DNA of 64,000 nucleotides. Source: Candidatus Sericytochromatia bacterium. Its GTDB lineage: Bacteria; Cyanobacteriota; Sericytochromatia; S15B-MN24; JAQBPE01. Made by a program: the position numbers and the translations under genes. How positions within the stretch are numbered: position 1 is the stretch's first letter; the number at the start of each line of letters is the position of its first letter. The stretch is from NCBI GenBank assembly GCA_035285125.1, contig JAYKHR010000048.1:1-64000 (forward strand). Reading direction: 5' to 3'. The notes beneath the pieces are model-generated. The model worked only from the letters and a program-made list of their open reading frames with translations, searched no databases and was not told where the DNA came from. This document shows, in pieces, positions 19,337 to 28,913 of this stretch.

Positions 19337-19945
19337 TCAGCCCTCCCGCCTGGCCGCCACGGCCAGCACGTCCGGCATGTAGCCCGACAGCCTGTCGGGC
19401 GACGCGAGGATTCGCTCGCGCAGGGCCAATCGCGCCCGGTTGAGGCGGGACTTGACCGTGCCGAGGTTCAGGTCGAGCACCTCCGCGATCTCCTCGTAGG
19501 AGTACCCCTCCAGGTCGTAGAGGATCAGGGGCTCGCGCAACTTGTCAGAGAGGTCCGCCAGGTAGCCCCCGAGCAGGGCCGTCAGCTCCGCCCGCTCAGC
19601 CCGAGGCTCCGTGACGTGGACAGCCGCCTCTGGCAGCGTCTCCGTGGCCTCCTCGTGCCGCCGCGAGGCCCGCTTCACGTCGTCGAGCACGGTGTTGCGC
19701 ACGATGCGCGCCAGCCATGTCGAGAAGTCGGCCTCCTCGCGAAAGCCGCCAATGGCACGCCAGGCCTTGACCGCGCTGTCTTGGACGACGTCAGCTGCGT
19801 CGTCGCGGTGCTGCGTGAGGTGGTAAGCCAGGCTGTAGAGCCGGGGCAGCAAAGGCGCCAGCAGGCGTTCGAAGGCATCGCGGTCGCCCCGTTGGGCGGC
19901 CCTCAGCCACCGTCTGCGCTGTTCGGGATCGTCGGACACGGTCAT
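19337..19945 (-). CDS. ECF RNA polymerase sigma factor (RpoE/SigW-like)
   Basis: Start reassigned to ATG 19945. AQRGDRDAFERL, FSTWLARI and YSYEEIAEVLDLNLGTVKSRLNRAR. Confidence 0.93.
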   Translation of the reverse strand: MTVSDDPEQRRRWLRAAQRGDRDAFERLLAPLLPRLYSLAYHLTQHRDDAADVVQDSAVKAWRAIGGFREEADFSTWLARIVRNTVLDDVKRASRRHEEATETLPEAAVHVTEPRAERAELTALLGGYLADLSDKLREPLILYDLEGYSYEEIAEVLDLNLGTVKSRLNRARLALRERILASPDRLSGYMPDVLAVAARREG

Positions 19946-20098
19946 GGCTCCCAGCCAACAGACGCAGCCTGCCCCGGATAGGTTCCCCAAGGCCCCGCAG
20001 CGTGATGCATTGTAGCACCGCGGGCCCGGACCGGATGGTATCATGGGGGCCCCAGCGCGGCAGGTGCCGCGCGCGTGGCCCTGGAAGGAGCGACTCGG

Positions 20099-20431
20099 AT
20101 GCGTGGGTTCGGCGGCGGAATGGACATCGGCAAGCTGATGAAGCAGGCGCAGAAGATGCAGGAGGCCATGCAGCAGATGCAGGCCGACCTCGGCACCAAG
20201 ACCGTCGAGGGCACGGCCGGCGGTGGGGCCGTCACCGTGACGATGACGGGCAACCAGGAGATCACGGCCGTCAAGATCAAGCCCGAGGCGGTGGACCCGG
20301 AGGACGTCGAGACGCTCGAGGACCTCGTGCTCGCGGCCCTCAAGGACGCGCGAGAGAAGGTCGAGGCCATCGCGCAGTCCCAGATGGGGGCGGTGACCGG
20401 GGGCCTGAACATTCCCGGCCTGAAGTTCTGA
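20099..20431 (+). CDS. ybaB: YbaB/EbfC nucleoid-associated protein
   Basis: [18 protein letters not shown] and [19 protein letters not shown] Shine-Dalgarno; upstream of recR. Confidence 0.95.
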   Translation: MRGFGGGMDIGKLMKQAQKMQEAMQQMQADLGTKTVEGTAGGGAVTVTMTGNQEITAVKIKPEAVDPEDVETLEDLVLAALKDAREKVEAIAQSQMGAVTGGLNIPGLKF

Positions 20432-20450
20432 GCAAGCTGTCGAGGCCACG

Positions 20451-21065
20451 ATGCTTTACACCCGCCCCCTCGCGCGCCTGATTGAGGAACTCGAGCGGCT
20501 TCCGGGCATCGGGCCCAAATCCTCCCAGCGCCTCGCGTTCTGGCTCATCAAGCAGCCCGTCTCGACGGTGGAGGGCCTCGCCAATGCCCTCGTCGAGGCG
20601 CGCCGCCAGGTGCGTTTCTGCTCGACGTGCCAGAACCTGAGCGCCGAGGACCCCTGCGAGATGTGCCGCCACCCTGGGCGCGACCGGCGGGCCATCTGCG
20701 TGGTCGCGGAACCCCGGGACCTCGTGGCGATCGAGCGCACGAAGGAGTTCAAGGGGCTCTACCACGTGCTGGGCGGCCTGATCTCACCCCTCGACGGCAT
20801 CGGCCCCGAACAGCTCAAGATTCGCGAACTGCTGGCACGCCTGCAGGCCATCGACGGGGGCGGCACCGGTGTCGAGGAGGTCATCTTGGCCATCAACCCT
20901 TCCATCGAGGGCGAGGCGACGAGCCTGTACCTCGGCCGCCTGCTGAAGCCCTCGGGGCTGCGCGTGACGCGCATCGCCTTCGGGCTGCCCATGGGGGGCG
21001 ACCTCGAGTATGCCGACGAGATGACGCTGGTGAAGGCCTTGGAGGGGCGGCGCGAGGTGGGCTGA
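20451..21065 (+). CDS. recR: Recombination protein RecR
   Basis: LPGIGPKS HhH, C4 zinc finger and Toprim YHVLGG...GEAT...GGDLEYAD. Confidence 0.98.
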   Translation: MLYTRPLARLIEELERLPGIGPKSSQRLAFWLIKQPVSTVEGLANALVEARRQVRFCSTCQNLSAEDPCEMCRHPGRDRRAICVVAEPRDLVAIERTKEFKGLYHVLGGLISPLDGIGPEQLKIRELLARLQAIDGGGTGVEEVILAINPSIEGEATSLYLGRLLKPSGLRVTRIAFGLPMGGDLEYADEMTLVKALEGRREVG

Positions 21066-21218
21066 GCCGGGCTCCGCATCACCTTCATCCGACCTTATAC
21101 AGGACTTAACGGCAGCCACCGCACCTGTTGGGGGTGTGTTGGGCAGGCGGGCGACGAACACCGCACGCACCCCGGTGCGGTCCCCGCAGTTGTCGAGCAT
21201 GTGAAGGAGTTGTGCCCC

Positions 21219-21731
21219 GTGTCCGTCATCGAAAGCGCCCTCAAGGCCCTCACGCCCCTGATTCGTGCCGAGGCCCACCAGGCGGCAACCTCCGTGACGC
21301 GCGCGACCTCGCGGGTGGCCGGGCAGGCGGGTGACGCGTTCACACGGGTTGCTGTCGCCACTGCGCGCGCCGAGGTGCCCTGGGCGAGGAAGATCGAGAG
21401 CGGCGTGAAGGCCAAACTTGAGGCAGGGCTCCGGCACCGCCTGGAGAACTGGCTCGGGCAGCCCCTCGGCAAAGGGCGAGACTGGCAGCAGATCGCCGTT
21501 CGCGAGGTGACCCCCGTGGCTGGCGGTCGCGTCTCATTCCTCGCAGGGGGCACCCTCCGCAGCCGCTTCCCTGACTACCACGCGCTGCGCGAGCACATCC
21601 TCGTGGGCACCTTCAACCCCCAACTCGGGCTGGTCGAGACGCTAGAGCGGCATCCGATGCCGTTGTGGCTACAATTGAAGCAGGTGAGCAACGAGAAGCT
21701 GCGAACGATCTTCCGAGAGCAGTGGACCTGA
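21219..21731 (+). CDS. Hypothetical protein (paralogue A)
   Basis: AAGGAG followed by GTG at 21219. C-terminal region resembles the next gene. Confidence 0.65.
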   Translation: MSVIESALKALTPLIRAEAHQAATSVTRATSRVAGQAGDAFTRVAVATARAEVPWARKIESGVKAKLEAGLRHRLENWLGQPLGKGRDWQQIAVREVTPVAGGRVSFLAGGTLRSRFPDYHALREHILVGTFNPQLGLVETLERHPMPLWLQLKQVSNEKLRTIFREQWT

Positions 21732-21859
21732 GGGAACCCGGCGACCACTTTCTACGGAACTTAACGTGCCGGGCCGCGCTTGTGGGCAGCCCGTTGGTGA
21801 CGCCGGCGACACCTTGGGCACCCGTGCCGCGCAGGCCGTGTTCGCCCCAGGAGGCAGCC

Positions 21860-22258
21860 GTGCAAGTCACCCGAGCCCACTCCTCGCAGCCCAGGCCCGC
21901 CCGGTGCAAGACCGCGGCGCGGCCGCCTCGCCTGCAGGCAGTTGTGGACGCGTGGGCTGGCACCGCTGGCGCGGGTGGCGTGGCGGCCCGACTGGAACGG
22001 GACCTCGTCAGTCACCTCGACTCCAGCCTGCGGGCGCAGCTGCAAAACGCCTTTCGGGCCGTCCTGTACGGCTCACGGCAAGGCTTCAAGTCTCACGTCA
22101 GCGTGCTGTCTGTTAGAGAGGCCGCCCCCGGCCGGGTGGAGTTCGTGGCCGAGGCCAGAACTTTCCACCCGACGCCATCGGGCCACGCGACCGTCAGCCA
22201 GAGGCTGCTGGTGGGCACCTACGGGCGGTCGTCACGCGTGGTGTCGCTGCTCGACTGA
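21860..22258 (+). CDS. Hypothetical protein (paralogue B)
   Basis: AGGAGG followed by GTG at 21860. Shares the GRVxFxA...LVGT(F/Y) pattern with the previous gene. Confidence 0.6.
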   Translation: MQVTRAHSSQPRPARCKTAARPPRLQAVVDAWAGTAGAGGVAARLERDLVSHLDSSLRAQLQNAFRAVLYGSRQGFKSHVSVLSVREAAPGRVEFVAEARTFHPTPSGHATVSQRLLVGTYGRSSRVVSLLD

Positions 22259-22276
22259 GGCGACCGAGCCACGACC

Positions 22277-23674
22277 TCAGAAAGCGAGTTCCTGCGCCTT
22301 CTTGACGGCCTCACGGATCATGTCGTCGTAGATCGTCTTGTCGCGCCAGCGCGCCTGAGCGACGGGCCCCAGGCGATCCACGGGGTCGAAGTAGATGAAT
22401 TGCTGCCCAGGCTTGACGCTGGGTGCCGTGAAGACTGAGATGCCGTTCTCGCGGTCGTAGTACTCGTAGCTGTGGGCGTCCCGCTTGCCACCCCCGCCCG
22501 GCGCGTCACAGACGAACGTGGGGGTGTTGAAGCCCGCCGTGGAACCCCGCACGTACTTCTCGATGTCCAGGGCCGTCTGCAGCGTGGTGCGGAGGTCCTC
22601 CACACCCTTCACCAGGTCATGGAGGTAAACGTAATAGGCGTGGACGTTGATGTAGCCGAGTCGCTTGACCAGCAAGCGCATGGTCTCCGGGTCATCGTTC
22701 ACGCCCCTCTGTAGCACGGACTGGTTGCGCACAAAGATGCCCCGCTCGAAGCAGCGCGCCATGGCCCGCTCGGTGATCCAGGTGATCTCGTTGGGGTGGT
22801 TGTAGTGCGTGTGGAGCACCACCTCCTTGCCCATCTTCCGCCCCAGCTCGACGACATGAGACAGCGCCTCGAACCAGGCGTTGTCCGTCAGGATCTTCAT
22901 CGGCATGACGGCCGGCCCCTTGGTCGCGAAGCGCATCCGGCGGACATGCGGGATGTTGAGCAAGGTCTCCCCGATGGTCTTGAGGTGCGGCGCCGCCAGC
23001 TGGTACATGTCGCCGCCCGAGATCACGATGTCCTCGAGCTCGGGCCGCTCGGAGATGTACTGAAACACCCGCTGCCAGCGCTTTGGGCTGGCATTGAGCG
23101 ACACCTTCTCGACCTCGTCCGTGTCCCCGCCCACGGCATACGAGCGGGTGCAGAAGCGGCAGTAAACCGGGCACACGTCCAGCGCCAGGAACAGGGCCTT
23201 GTCGGGGTAGCGGTGCGTCAGGCCCGGCACCGGCGCGTCACCCTGCTCGTGGAGGGAGTCCAGCGTGAGCATCGGGTGGTCCGGCCGCAGGCGCGAACCG
23301 AGCGGCAGGAACTGGGTGCGGATGGGGTCGTTGTAAGGGTCCGACCAGTCGATGCCGGCCATCATGTAGGGCGAGACGCGCACCGCCATCGGGGCCCTTG
23401 CAAAGCCCGCTCGCGCGTCTTCCAGGAACTCCGGGGAGACGAGCCCCTGGATGGTTTCGATGAGCTTGTCGACGGTGGTGATCGAGTTCTTCCCCTGCCA
23501 GATGTGGTCAAGGAAGGTGGCCTCGTCGACGTCCTTGTAGGCAGGGATCACGCGCCAGAACTCGCCCTGGCGAAGGTTCCGGTGGGCGAAGGCCTCGGGG
23601 CCCGCCGGCGGGCGTTTGTGGACGATTGGGTCTTCGCCAGTGGCGGCGGGGTTCTCGGACGGGGTGGACAGCAT
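22277..23674 (-). CDS. KamA-family radical SAM protein (lysine 2,3-aminomutase-like)
   Basis: GLTHRYPDKALFL, CPVYCRFCTR, ISGGD, NQSVLQRGVND and DAPGGGGK (PLP lysine). Confidence 0.93.
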   Translation of the reverse strand: MLSTPSENPAATGEDPIVHKRPPAGPEAFAHRNLRQGEFWRVIPAYKDVDEATFLDHIWQGKNSITTVDKLIETIQGLVSPEFLEDARAGFARAPMAVRVSPYMMAGIDWSDPYNDPIRTQFLPLGSRLRPDHPMLTLDSLHEQGDAPVPGLTHRYPDKALFLALDVCPVYCRFCTRSYAVGGDTDEVEKVSLNASPKRWQRVFQYISERPELEDIVISGGDMYQLAAPHLKTIGETLLNIPHVRRMRFATKGPAVMPMKILTDNAWFEALSHVVELGRKMGKEVVLHTHYNHPNEITWITERAMARCFERGIFVRNQSVLQRGVNDDPETMRLLVKRLGYINVHAYYVYLHDLVKGVEDLRTTLQTALDIEKYVRGSTAGFNTPTFVCDAPGGGGKRDAHSYEYYDRENGISVFTAPSVKPGQQFIYFDPVDRLGPVAQARWRDKTIYDDMIREAVKKAQELAF

Positions 23675-23886
23675 GGGTGCCTCCTGATGCGGTGCGTCCC
23701 CGCGAAGGGGACCTTGGGGCCGACGCGTCAGGGGGCCTTACAGGCCGTAGTGGGGCTGCTTCCCGTTGCCGAAGGCGGGGCTGAAGGCGACGTGGGTCAC
23801 GACGACGTACCTCGCGCGGCGCGGGCTCCTTCGCCCGGCGCTCCGCCCCATTATAGCGTGCGGGCGGGCCCGGGCCAACCCGCCCG

Positions 23887-25080
23887 TCACCACCCGTCGC
23901 GGGGAGCTGCGCGAAGCCTCGCCCACTCGGGAGAGACCTCGCGCAGCTGGCTCACCACCTCGACCAGTCGGCTCACGGCCTCCTCGAGGTCGTCCTCGGT
24001 GGTGAACCGGCCAAGCCCGAAGCGCAGCGTCGAGGCAGCCTGCTCGTCCGTGAGCCCGATGGCCCGCAGGACGTGCGAGGGCTGCTGGCTCGCGAACGAG
24101 CACGCCGCGCCGCTCGAGGCCGCGATGCCGCGCAGGTTCAGCAGCACGTCATCGGCCCGCACCCCCTCGAAGCGCAGCGTGAGGTTGGTGGGCAGCCGCA
24201 GCTGGGGGTGGCCGACCAGGTGCACCGCAGGCAGCGCCTCGCTCAGCATCCGCGCCATCCGATCGCGCAGGCCGGCGAGGCGGGACGACTCCTCGGGCAT
24301 CAGCACCAGCGCGAGCTCCGCGGCCTTGCCGAAGCCGACGATGCCGGGCACGTTGAGCGTCCCGGACCGCAAGCCCCGCTCCTGCCCCCCCCCGTGCAGC
24401 AGCGGGGGCAGCTTGAGGCGCGCCTCCCGGCGCCGGACGTAGAGCGCCCCGACGCCCTTCGGCCCGTGCAGCTTGTGGGCAGACATCGACAGGAGGTCGA
24501 TGCCCATCTCATTGACGTCGAGGGCCACCTTGCCAAACGCCTGGGCCGCATCGACGTGTAGCACGATGCCGTGCCGACGGGCCACCCGGCCAATCTCCGT
24601 CAGGGGCTGCAGCGTGCCGATCTCGTTGTTGCCGTGCAGCACGCTGATGAGCACCGTGCCGGTCGTGAGGGCGTTCTCGAGGTAGCCGGGGTCGAGCACG
24701 CCGTCCCGGTCGACGGGCAAATAGGTCACGCGCCAGCCACGTTCGGCGAGCTTCCTCAGCGGCGCGAGCGTCGCCGGGTGCTCGACGGCCGTCGTCACGA
24801 TGTGACGCCCCTGCTCGGCCAGCGCCTCGGCAGCGCCGAACAGGGCCGTGTTGATGGCCTCGGTGGCCCCGGACGTGAAGGCGATCTCTCGGTCCGTGGC
24901 GTGAAGGGCCCTCGCGATGGTGCCGCGCGCCGTTTCGACGGCCTCTTCGGCCTCCCAGCCGTAGGCGTGGGAGCGGCTGCCCGCATTCCCGAAGCGGTCC
25001 GTGAGGTAGGGCATCATCGCCTCGAGCACGGCCGGGTCGAGGGGGGTGGTGGCCTGGTGGTCGAGGTAAATGCGCTTCAC
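23887..25080 (-). CDS. iscS: Cysteine desulfurase (IscS/NifS family)
   Basis: Start reassigned to GTG 25080. IYLDHQATTP, FTSGATE, HVDAAQ, SAHKLHGPKG and SSGAAC. Confidence 0.93.
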   Translation of the reverse strand: MKRIYLDHQATTPLDPAVLEAMMPYLTDRFGNAGSRSHAYGWEAEEAVETARGTIARALHATDREIAFTSGATEAINTALFGAAEALAEQGRHIVTTAVEHPATLAPLRKLAERGWRVTYLPVDRDGVLDPGYLENALTTGTVLISVLHGNNEIGTLQPLTEIGRVARRHGIVLHVDAAQAFGKVALDVNEMGIDLLSMSAHKLHGPKGVGALYVRRREARLKLPPLLHGGGQERGLRSGTLNVPGIVGFGKAAELALVLMPEESSRLAGLRDRMARMLSEALPAVHLVGHPQLRLPTNLTLRFEGVRADDVLLNLRGIAASSGAACSFASQQPSHVLRAIGLTDEQAASTLRFGLGRFTTEDDLEEAVSRLVEVVSQLREVSPEWARLRAAPRDGW

Positions 25081-25158
25081 GGGGACTGCTCGAAGGGGGC
25101 GGCCCTGCACAGCAGGACCCGGTATCATGTACCCACCCACCCCCACAAGGAGCCACCC

Positions 25159-26055
25159 ATGTCGCTGCAAACCCGCCACCACGGCCTCGCCGGGCTGCAC
25201 ATCACCGGCCGGGACCGCCAGGCCTTCCTGCACAACATGACGACGGCGGCCATCCGCACGCTGCCCGCCGCCGAGGGTGCGGCTGCGGCGGTGGTGGATC
25301 AGCGTGGCGTCGTGATCGACTGGGGTTGGGTGCACGCAGCCGATGACGGGCACACCTTCATCGGCCACGCGAGCCGCGCAGAGCGGCTTCATGGCTGGCT
25401 CGAACGCTACGTGATCACCGAGGATGTCGGCGTCGACGCCAGGCCGTTCGAGGGTGGCGGGCTGCTGGTGGCGGGCGCCTCGGGAGAGCAGGCGCTGGCC
25501 ACCGCCCTGGGCGCGACCCTCGTGGGGGCCTCCCACGTGCGCATGGCGGGGGCAATCGCCCGGCGCGTGGGCGGACCGGGGCTGCCCATGTGGTTGGTCG
25601 AGGGCCCAGACCTGGGCAACCTCCAAGCCCGCCTGGCCGCTGCGGGAGTGGCCGACGCCGACCCCGCTGCCTGGGAAGCCTGGCGGGTGGCAGCTGGCGT
25701 GCCCGCGCCCGAGAAGGAGGCCGACGAGCGGGCCAACCCTTGGGAGCTCGGGCTGGACGAGGCGATCGCCCTCGACAAGGGCTGCTACCTCGGCCAGGAG
25801 GTGATCGCCCGCCTGCGGACTTACGACAAGGTGCAGCGGCGCCTGGCGCGGCTGGCCCCGAGTGAGCCCGGGCTCCATGCCGGCCTCGCGCTGTTCTCCG
25901 CAGAAGACGCCGAGCTCGATCGGCCCGTCGGGCTGCTCACCAGCGTGATCGAGGGCCCCACGCCCTCGGCGCTGGGGCTGATCAGGCGGACAGCACCAGC
26001 AACCCTGATCGCCGTGAAGGCAGATGGCCGCCGCGTGGCTTGCGGGGCGAACTGA
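25159..26055 (+). CDS. ygfZ: YgfZ/GcvT-like folate-binding Fe-S maturation protein
   Basis: ITGRDRQAFLH and the signature KGCYLGQEVIAR; AAGGAG before ATG 25159. Confidence 0.9.
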   Translation: MSLQTRHHGLAGLHITGRDRQAFLHNMTTAAIRTLPAAEGAAAAVVDQRGVVIDWGWVHAADDGHTFIGHASRAERLHGWLERYVITEDVGVDARPFEGGGLLVAGASGEQALATALGATLVGASHVRMAGAIARRVGGPGLPMWLVEGPDLGNLQARLAAAGVADADPAAWEAWRVAAGVPAPEKEADERANPWELGLDEAIALDKGCYLGQEVIARLRTYDKVQRRLARLAPSEPGLHAGLALFSAEDAELDRPVGLLTSVIEGPTPSALGLIRRTAPATLIAVKADGRRVACGAN

Positions 26056-26162
26056 GGCCTCAAGGCAGGCACGCCACGGGGCCGGCACAACCTTACATAA
26101 CGCTGAAAACCCTTCAGTCATGCGGACCTTCGGCCGATGGATCGGCCGGAGCACCGAGCCGC

Positions 26163-26570
26163 ATGACCCACACCTTCGACCCCCGTTCCTTGTCCCAGCC
26201 CGGCGACCTCGGCCTGGCTGAGGCCGCCGCCCGCCTTGGTGTCGAGGAGGCGATCCTGCTCTCCTGGCTCGCGGCCTTCGGCTGGGAACGCCACTACGAC
26301 GGCTCAGGGGCCCTGAGGCTCGGCGAGCAGGACCTCGAGTTCCTCCGCGTCGTGAAGTCACTGCGTGACATCGACCGCTCCTGCGACTCGATCGTCCGCC
26401 TGCTCGCGGAGGATGGAGACGAGCCGCCCCCGGAGGTGCTGGTCGACGAGGGCGCCGAGCACGCCGTGGCTGGCATGGCCCAGATCGAGACGCTCAAGGC
26501 GGAGCTGAGGGACCTCCACGCCAGCCCCCACCGGTCCGCCCCGTTCTGGCGCTTCTGGCGCCGCGCCTGA
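26163..26570 (+). CDS. MerR-like HTH protein with a short coiled coil and an aromatic C-terminal tail
   Basis: LAEAAARLGVEEAILLSW...LRLGEQDLEFLRVVKSL; ends PFWRFWRRA. Confidence 0.7.
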   Translation: MTHTFDPRSLSQPGDLGLAEAAARLGVEEAILLSWLAAFGWERHYDGSGALRLGEQDLEFLRVVKSLRDIDRSCDSIVRLLAEDGDEPPPEVLVDEGAEHAVAGMAQIETLKAELRDLHASPHRSAPFWRFWRRA

Positions 26571-26699
26571 CCCCTGGCCGACGTGAGCGCGATCATAGTC
26601 CGACCGCTCCGCCAGTGACATAATCATGGCCAGGTCGCCTCGTTTCCCCCGCGGATCGCCCGGGTAGGGGACGAGTGTCGGCCGCGTGCGAGGGTGTCG

Positions 26700-27803
26700 A
26701 TGCCGGAGATTCCTGGCAACAACTCCGTGCCGGGCACGGGCATACCCCCAGGCCGTCAGCCTGCCCGAACGGGCTTGAACGCCACGGGCGGCGCCGCCGG
26801 CGCGGCTGGGCCGAACGGGCCGGGGGACGACGCCTCGGCCGCTCGCCAGCAGCCGGCCGGCAAGCGCTTCTTCGGCTTCCACACCGACGCCTCCATCATG
26901 GCCAGGCTGGCCGCCATGGGGGTCACACCCACCCTGGGCAACCTCCGCATCGCCCAGCAGCTGTTGCGCTACGGCCAGGGCCTGGACCCCGACGCCATCC
27001 AGCAGGTGGCACAGGCCTGGAGCCAGCTGGGGCACGGTGACGCGCAGCGGCTGGAGGCCATCGTGGCCCTGCAGGCTCGGGGCCTGGCCGTGACAGGACC
27101 CAACGTCCAGGTGATGACCCAGCTCCTCGCCGGAGGGCCCATCACCCACCTGCTGGCCCGCCTCACCATGGCCGTCAAGGCCGAGCAGAGCCCCAAGCTG
27201 GGCGGCATCGGGCAGCGCCTGAACGGCCTGTGGCAACTCGGACACGCCGACAAGGATCTTGTGGCCCAGCTGAAGGACTTCAGCCGCCTGCTCGGGGAGC
27301 TGCGCGAGGAGGTGGCACGGTTCGGACCTGCCGACCTCAGCCCGGAGCTCGGGGCCGAGCTCGGCAGGTTCAAGGACCTCATGGACGCCCACCAGTTGCT
27401 CGCACAACAGCAGCCCGGCACCGTCTACACCCCCTTCTTCATCTGGCAGCAGCAGCAGCCGCTGCCTGCCGAGCTGCAGGTGCAAGAGGAGGGAGGGGGC
27501 ACGGCGGGCGTGGGATCCTTCTTGAAGGTCACGCTGGCCGTCGAGACCCTGACGCTGGGCCGCGTGGTGGTCGAGTTCGTGGCCGTGAGGGACGCCCTCA
27601 CGCTGCGCCTCGACGTGGCGGACGAGAAGATCAAGAAGCGGATGGACCCCCGCCTGGTGACGCTCAGGCAGCGCCTCAGCGGCCGCGGCTACCTGGTCGA
27701 CCAGCTCACATGTCGGCCGGACGGCGCGGGCCGCGCCCTCAGCACCCTGCTGCCCGTCCGCCGGGACCTCAAGAAGCTGTCCCGCGCCCAGGGGGTGCTC
27801 TGA
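26700..27803 (+). CDS. FliK-C-like (YlqG-type) protein
   Basis: C-terminal LAVETLTLGRVVVEF...LTLRL...LRQRLSGRGYLV; first gene of the flagellar cluster. Confidence 0.6.
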   Translation: MPEIPGNNSVPGTGIPPGRQPARTGLNATGGAAGAAGPNGPGDDASAARQQPAGKRFFGFHTDASIMARLAAMGVTPTLGNLRIAQQLLRYGQGLDPDAIQQVAQAWSQLGHGDAQRLEAIVALQARGLAVTGPNVQVMTQLLAGGPITHLLARLTMAVKAEQSPKLGGIGQRLNGLWQLGHADKDLVAQLKDFSRLLGELREEVARFGPADLSPELGAELGRFKDLMDAHQLLAQQQPGTVYTPFFIWQQQQPLPAELQVQEEGGGTAGVGSFLKVTLAVETLTLGRVVVEFVAVRDALTLRLDVADEKIKKRMDPRLVTLRQRLSGRGYLVDQLTCRPDGAGRALSTLLPVRRDLKKLSRAQGVL

Positions 27804-27804
27804 G

Positions 27805-28134
27805 ATGGACCCGCGAAACCCGGGTGGCGGGGACGGGCGGCGACGCCCCCGCCCAACGCGCCCGCCCGGCGCGCCGGCCTCCCGGCTGAGGGCCGTCCCA
27901 ACGCCCGAGGGGGCATCGGCTCAAGGCGAAGACTTCACCATCCGACTGGATCCCGACAGCCCCCCGGGCGAGTTCAACTTCGTGCTGCCGCAGGCCGCGC
28001 CCTCCGCAGCCCCCCAGGCCTTCTCAGCTGCCACCGACGGTCCGGTGCCACCTGCCCTCGCGGCGGCCCTGGACGAGGTGCTCGGCTTCATCTTCGGGCT
28101 CGACCAGGCCCAACCCCCACGCCCCAAGCGCTGA
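27805..28134 (+). CDS. Small protein ending in a FlhB-C/YlqH-like helix
   Basis: PVPPALAAALDEVLGFIFGLD resembles the IPxELYxAVAEVLAFIYxL end of FlhB cytoplasmic domains; starts 1 nt after the upstream stop. Confidence 0.5.
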   Translation: MDPRNPGGGDGRRRPRPTRPPGAPASRLRAVPTPEGASAQGEDFTIRLDPDSPPGEFNFVLPQAAPSAAPQAFSAATDGPVPPALAAALDEVLGFIFGLDQAQPPRPKR

Positions 28135-28147
28135 CAGGTGACCCAGG

Positions 28148-28882
28148 ATGCTCAAAGGAATCTACATCGCCGCGTCCGGCATGGCCTTCCAGACCCAACA
28201 GCTCAACGAGGTCTCAGCCAACCTCGCCAACGTCAACACGCCCGGCTTCAAACGCACGCAGATGCTCTCCGAGACCTTCGGGGACCTCGTGACGGCCTTC
28301 GCCACGCCGACGCCGCTGAACCGCGTCGGGATGGGCGTGGTCGAGGGTGGCCGGGCCCGCTGGGAGACGCAGGGGGCCCTGACGCGGACGAGCGACCCCC
28401 TGCATGTGGCCATTTCAGGCGAGGGCTACTTCCAGACCCAGGACGCCAACGGCACGGTCAAGGTCACCCGGAACGGGGACTTCCGGCTCGATGCCCAGGG
28501 CTTCCTCGTGAGCCAGGACGGCTCGCGGGTGCTCGGTGCGGACAACGCGCCGATCCGGCTCGGGGCGATCGCCACCGAGACCGTCCGCGTGCGCCCGGAT
28601 GGCGCCATCACCTCGGGCACGAACGTCGTCGCGCGGCTCAAGGTGGTCGGCAACGACCAGGCGGCGGGACCGAACTTCCCCATCAGCCTCGCCAACGCCC
28701 CTGCCCTGGGCGCCGGCTTCACCCTCGAGCAAGGCTACCTGGAGGGCTCCAACGTCAACGTGGTGAGCGAGATGGTCAACCTGATCAACCTCAACCGGTC
28801 CTTCAGCTTCGACCAGAAGGCCATCACCACCCAGGACAACCTGCTCAACAAGACCGTCAACGACCTCGGCCGCATCACCTGA
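28148..28882 (+). CDS. flgF: Flagellar basal-body rod protein FlgF (FlgF/FlgG family)
   Basis: SANLANVNTPGFK, TRNGDFRLD and GYLEGSNVNVVSEM. Confidence 0.85.
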   Translation: MLKGIYIAASGMAFQTQQLNEVSANLANVNTPGFKRTQMLSETFGDLVTAFATPTPLNRVGMGVVEGGRARWETQGALTRTSDPLHVAISGEGYFQTQDANGTVKVTRNGDFRLDAQGFLVSQDGSRVLGADNAPIRLGAIATETVRVRPDGAITSGTNVVARLKVVGNDQAAGPNFPISLANAPALGAGFTLEQGYLEGSNVNVVSEMVNLINLNRSFSFDQKAITTQDNLLNKTVNDLGRIT

Positions 28883-28913
28883 GGCCAGCCCCCCCGTACC
28901 AAGGAGTCGCGCC

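Noticed and set aside
19337..20449. 370-aa ORF suggesting an extended ECF sigma
   Set aside because: The extension is antisense to ybaB. Sigma homology starts at 19945.
23887..26361. 824-aa ORF suggesting an IscS fusion
   Set aside because: The N-terminal 427 codons are antisense to ygfZ and the MerR-like gene. IscS homology starts at GTG 25080.
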